This document shows, in pieces, positions 59,437-64,000 of a stretch of DNA of 64,000 nt. Position numbers and translations under genes: made by a program. The stretch comes from Nemertoderma westbladi (Eukaryota > Animalia > Xenacoelomorpha), in NCBI GenBank assembly GCA_032718475.1, contig JAUCBJ010001490.1:1-64000 (forward strand), in the 5' to 3' direction. Under the pieces are notes generated by a model. That model was not told the origin of the DNA. It worked only from the letters and a program-made list of their open reading frames with translations, and ran no database searches. Within the stretch, counting starts at the first letter, position 1. Each line of letters begins with the position of its first letter.

Positions 59437-62400
59437 CTCACCACAGAAACAAGTTTCGGAAACAAGTTGCAGAGACTTATTGGACTCCTCACACACAGAA
59501 ACAAGTTTTGGAAACAAGTTGCAGAAACGTGTTGCTGGGCTCCTCACACACAAAACAAGTTTCGGAAACAAGTTGTAGAAACCTGTTGCTGGACTTTTCC
59601 ACACAGAAACAAGTTGCAGAACTTTGTTTGATTCCTCGCCACAGAAACAAGTTTCGGAAACAAGTTGCAGCAACTTGTTGCTGGGCTCCTCACACACAAA
59701 ACAAGTTTCGGAAACAAGTTGTAGAAACTTGTTGCTGGACTCCTCACCACAGAAACAAGTTTCGGAAACAAGTTGCAGAAACTTGTTGGACTCCTCACAC
59801 ACAGAAACAAGTTGCAGAAACGTGTTGCTGGACTCCCTCACACACAGAAACAAGTTTCGGAAACAAGTTGCAGAAACTTGTTGGACTCCTCGCCACAGAA
59901 AAAAGTTGCAGAAACTTGTTGGACTCCTCACCACAGAAACAAGTTTCGGAAACAAGTTGCAGAAACTTATTGGACTCCTCACACACAGAAACAAGTTGCA
60001 GAAACGTGTTGCAGGACTCCCTCACACACAGAAACAAGTTTCGGAAACAAGTTGCAGAAACTTGTTGGACTCCTCACCACAGAAACTTGTTGGACTCCTC
60101 GCCATTGAAACAAGTTTCGGAAACAAGTTGCAGAAACTTGTTGGACTCCTCACCATAGAAACAAGTTTCGGAAACAAGTTGCAGAAACTTGTTGTTCTCC
60201 TCACCACAGAAACAAGTTTCGGAAACAAGTTGCAGAAACTTGTTGGACTCCTCGCCATAGAAACAAGTTTCGGAAACAAGTTGCAGAAACTTGTTGGACT
60301 CCTCGCCATAGAAACAAGTTTCGGAAACAAGTTGCAGAAACTTGTTGGACTCCTCACACACAGAAACAAGTTTCGGAAACAAGTTGCAGAAATTTGTTGG
60401 ACTCCTCACCACAGAAACAAGTTTCGGAAACAAGTTGCAGAAACTTGTTGGACTCCTCACACACAGAAACAAGTTTCGGAAACAAGTTGCAGAAACTTGT
60501 TGGACTCCTCACACACAGAAACAAGTTTCGGAAACAAGTTGCAGAAACTTGTTGGACTCCTCACACACAGAAAGAAGTTTTGGAAACAAGTTGCAAAAAC
60601 GTGTTGCTGGACTCCCTCACACACAGAAACAAGTTTCGGTAACAAGTTGCAGAAACTTGTTGGACTCCTCACACACAGAAACAAGTTGCAGAAACTTGTT
60701 GGACTCCTCACCACAGAAACAAATTTCGGAAACAAGTTGCAGAAACTTGTTGGACTCCTCACACACAGAAACAAGTTTCGGAAACAAGTTGCAGAAACTT
60801 GTTGGACTCCTCACCACAGAAACAAGTTTCGGAAACAAGTTGCAGAGACTTATTGGACTCCTCACACACAGAAACAAGTTTTGGAAACAAGTTGCAGAAA
60901 CGTGTTGCTGGGCTCCTCACACACAAAACAAGTTTCGGAAACAAGTTGTAGAAACCTGTTGCTGGACTCTTCCACACAGAAACAAGTTGCAGAAATTTGT
61001 TTGATTCCTCGCCACAGAAACAAGTTTCGGAAACAAGTTGCAGCAACTTGTTGCTGGGCTCCTCACACACAAAACAAGTTTCGGAAACAAGTTGTAGAAA
61101 CTTGTTGCTGGACTACTCACCACAGAAACAAATTTCGGAAACAAGTTGCAGAAACTTGTTGGACTCCTCACACACAGAAACAAGTTGCAGAAACGTGTTG
61201 CTGGACTCCCTCACACACAGAAACAAGTTTCGGAAACAAGTTGCAGAAACTTGTTGGACTCCTCGCCACAGAAAAAAGTTGCAGAAACTTGTTGGACTCC
61301 TCACCACAGAAACAAGTTTCGGAAACAAGTTGCAGAAACTTATTGGACTCCTCACACACAGAAACAAGTTGCAGAAACGTGTTGCAGGACTCCCTCACAC
61401 ACAGAAACAAGTTTCGGAAACAAGTTGCAGAAACTTGTTGGACTCCTCACCACAGAAACAAATTGCAGAAACTTGTTGGACTCCTCGCCATTGAAACAAG
61501 TTTCGGAAACAAGTTGCAGAAACTTGTTGGACTCCTCGCCATAGAAACAAGTTTCGGAAACAAGTTGCAGAAACTTGTTGGACTCCTCACCACAGAAACA
61601 AGTTTCGGAAACAAGTTGCAGAAACTTGTTGGACTCCTCGCCATAGAAACAAGTTTCGGAAACAAGTTGCAGAAACTTGTTGGACTCCTCGCCATAGAAA
61701 CAAGTTTCGGAAACAAGTTGCAGAAACTTGTTGGACTCCTCACACACAGAAACAAGTTTCGGAAACAAGTTGCAGAAACTTGTTGGACTCCTCACACACA
61801 GAAAGAAGTTTTGGAAACAAGTTGCAAAAACGTGTTGCTGGACTCCCTCACACACAGAAACAAGTTTCGGTAACAAGTTGCAGAAACTTGTTGGACTCCT
61901 CACACACAGAAACAAGTTGCAGAAACTTGTTGGACTCCTCACACACAGAAATAAGTTTCGGAAACAAGTTGCAGAAACTTGTTGGACTCCTCGCCATAGA
62001 AACAAGTTTCGGAAACAAGTTGCAGAATCTTGTTGTACTCCTCACCACAGAAACAAGTTTCGGAAACAAGTTGCAGAAACGTGTTGCTGGACTCCCTCAC
62101 ACACAGAAACAAGTTTCGGAAACAAGTTGTAGAAAGTTGTTGGACTCCTCACCACAGAAACAAGTTTCGGAAACAAGTTGCAGAAACTTGTTGGACTCCT
62201 CACCACAGAAACAAGTTTCGGAAACAAGTTGCAGAGACTTATTGGACTCCTCACACACAGAAACAAGTTTTGGAAACAAGTTGCAGAAACGTGTTGCTGG
62301 GCTCCTCACACACAAAACAAGTTTCGGAAACAAGTTGTAGAAACCTGTTGCTGGACTCTTCCACACAGAAACAAGTTGCAGAAATTTGTTTGATTCCTCG

Positions 62401-64000
62401 CCACAGAAACAAGTTTCGGAAACAAGTTGCAGCAACTTGTTGCTGGGCTCCTCACACACAAAACAAGTTTCGGAAACAAGTTGTAGAAACTTGTTGCTGG
62501 ACTACTCACCACAGAAACAAGTTTCGGAAACAAGTTGCAGAAACTTGTTGGACTCCTCACACACAGAAACAATTTGCAGAAACTTGTTGCTGGACTCCTC
62601 ACACACAGAAACAAGTTGCAGAAACGTGTTGCTGGGCTCCTCACACACAGAAACAAGTTGCAGAAACGTGTTGCTGGACTCCCTCACACACAGAAACAAG
62701 TTTCGGAAACAAGTTGCAGAAACTTGTTGGACTCCTCGCCACAGAAAAAAGTTGCAGAAACTTGTTGGACTCCTCACCACAGAAACAAGTTTCGGAAACA
62801 AGTTGCAGAAACTTATTGGACTCCTCACACACAGAAACAAGTTGCAGAAACGTGTTGCTGGACTCCCTCACACACAGAAACAAGTTTCGGAAACAAGTTG
62901 CAGAAACTTGTTGGACTCCTCGCCACAGAAAAAAGTTGCAGAAACTTGTTGGACTCCTCACCACAGAAACAAGTTTCGGAAACAAGTTGCAGAAACTTAT
63001 TGGACTCCTCACACACAGAAACAAGTTGCAGAAACGTGTTGCAGGACTCCCTCACACACAGAAACAAGTTTCGGAAACAAGTTGCAGAAACTTGTTGGAC
63101 TCCTCACCACAGAAACAAATTGCAGAAACTTGTTGGACTCCTCGCCATTGAAACAAGTTTCGGAAACAAGTTGCAGAAACTTGTTGGACTCCTCGCCATA
63201 GAAACAAGTTTCGGAAACAAGTTGCAGAAACTTGTTGGACTCCTCACCACAGAAACAAGTTTCGGAAACAAGTTGCAGAAACTTGTTGGACTCCTCGCCA
63301 TAGAAACAAGTTTCGGAAACAAGTTGCAGAAACTTGTTGGACTCCTCGCCATAGAAACAAGTTTCGGAAACAAGTTGCAGAAACTTGTTGGACTCCTCAC
63401 ACACAGAAACAAGTTTCGGAAACAAGTTGCAGAAATTTGTTGGACTCCTCACCACAGAAACAAGTTTCGGAAACAAGTTGCAGAAACTTGTTGGACTCCT
63501 CACACACAGAAACAAGTTTCGGAAACAAGTTGCAGAAACTTGTTGGACTCCTCACACACAGAAACAAGTTTCGGAAACAAGTTGTAGAAACTTGTTGGAC
63601 TCCTCACACACAGAAAGAAGTTTTGGAAACAAGTTGCAGAAACGTGTTGCTGGGCTCCTCACACACAAAACAAGTTTCGGAAACAAGTTGTAGAAACCTG
63701 TTGCTGGACTCTTCCACACAGAAACAAGTTGCAGAAATTTGTTTGATTCCTCGCCACAGAAACAAGTTTCGGAAACAAGTTGCAGCAACTTGTTGCTGGG
63801 CTCCTCACACACAAAACAAGTTTCGGAAACAAGTTGTAGAAACTTGTTGCTGGACTCCTCACCACAGAAACAAGTTTCGGAAACAAGTTGCAGAAACTTG
63901 TTGGACTCCTCACACACAGAAACAAGTTGCAGAAACGTGTTGCTGGACTCCCTCACACACAGAAACAAGTTTCGGAAACAAGTTGCAGAAACTTGTTGGA
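59437..64000. repeat. Complex satellite, right arm (continues past the window end)
   Basis: Same monomer family as 32583-44492, resuming in register after the TSD. Confidence 0.98.

Noticed and set aside
59279-63968. Long ORFs (up to 749 aa) in the right satellite arm
   Set aside because: Same satellite artefact.

Overview
Eukaryotic (animal-like, probably invertebrate) genomic DNA dominated by repeats. From left to right: a ~11.9 kb 31-bp satellite that appears to sit inside the 3' UTR of an intronless MTMR9 gene (- strand); a degenerate MITE; a two-exon gene with a ZGRF1/Mte1-type DUF2439 N-terminus and a 30-bp coding repeat but no helicase; a CR1/L2-type LINE relic; a head-to-tail pair of non-autonomous Helitrons; and a >16 kb palindrome-rich satellite. 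A young 14.9 kb BEL/Pao LTR retrotransposon (44493-59436, CTCAC target-site duplication) is inserted in that second satellite and is the most unusual object here. It has no tRNA-type primer-binding site; instead a 9-nt site is perfectly complementary to its own LTR, suggesting Tf1-like self-priming. It carries a third, internal LTR plus PBS that splits gag, and a ~27-copy hairpin array after pol. In the env position it has an accessory frame encoding a DEDDy 3'-5' exonuclease and three CCHC zinc knuckles, broken by two in-frame TGA codons. All calls are from manual reading; no database searches were run.
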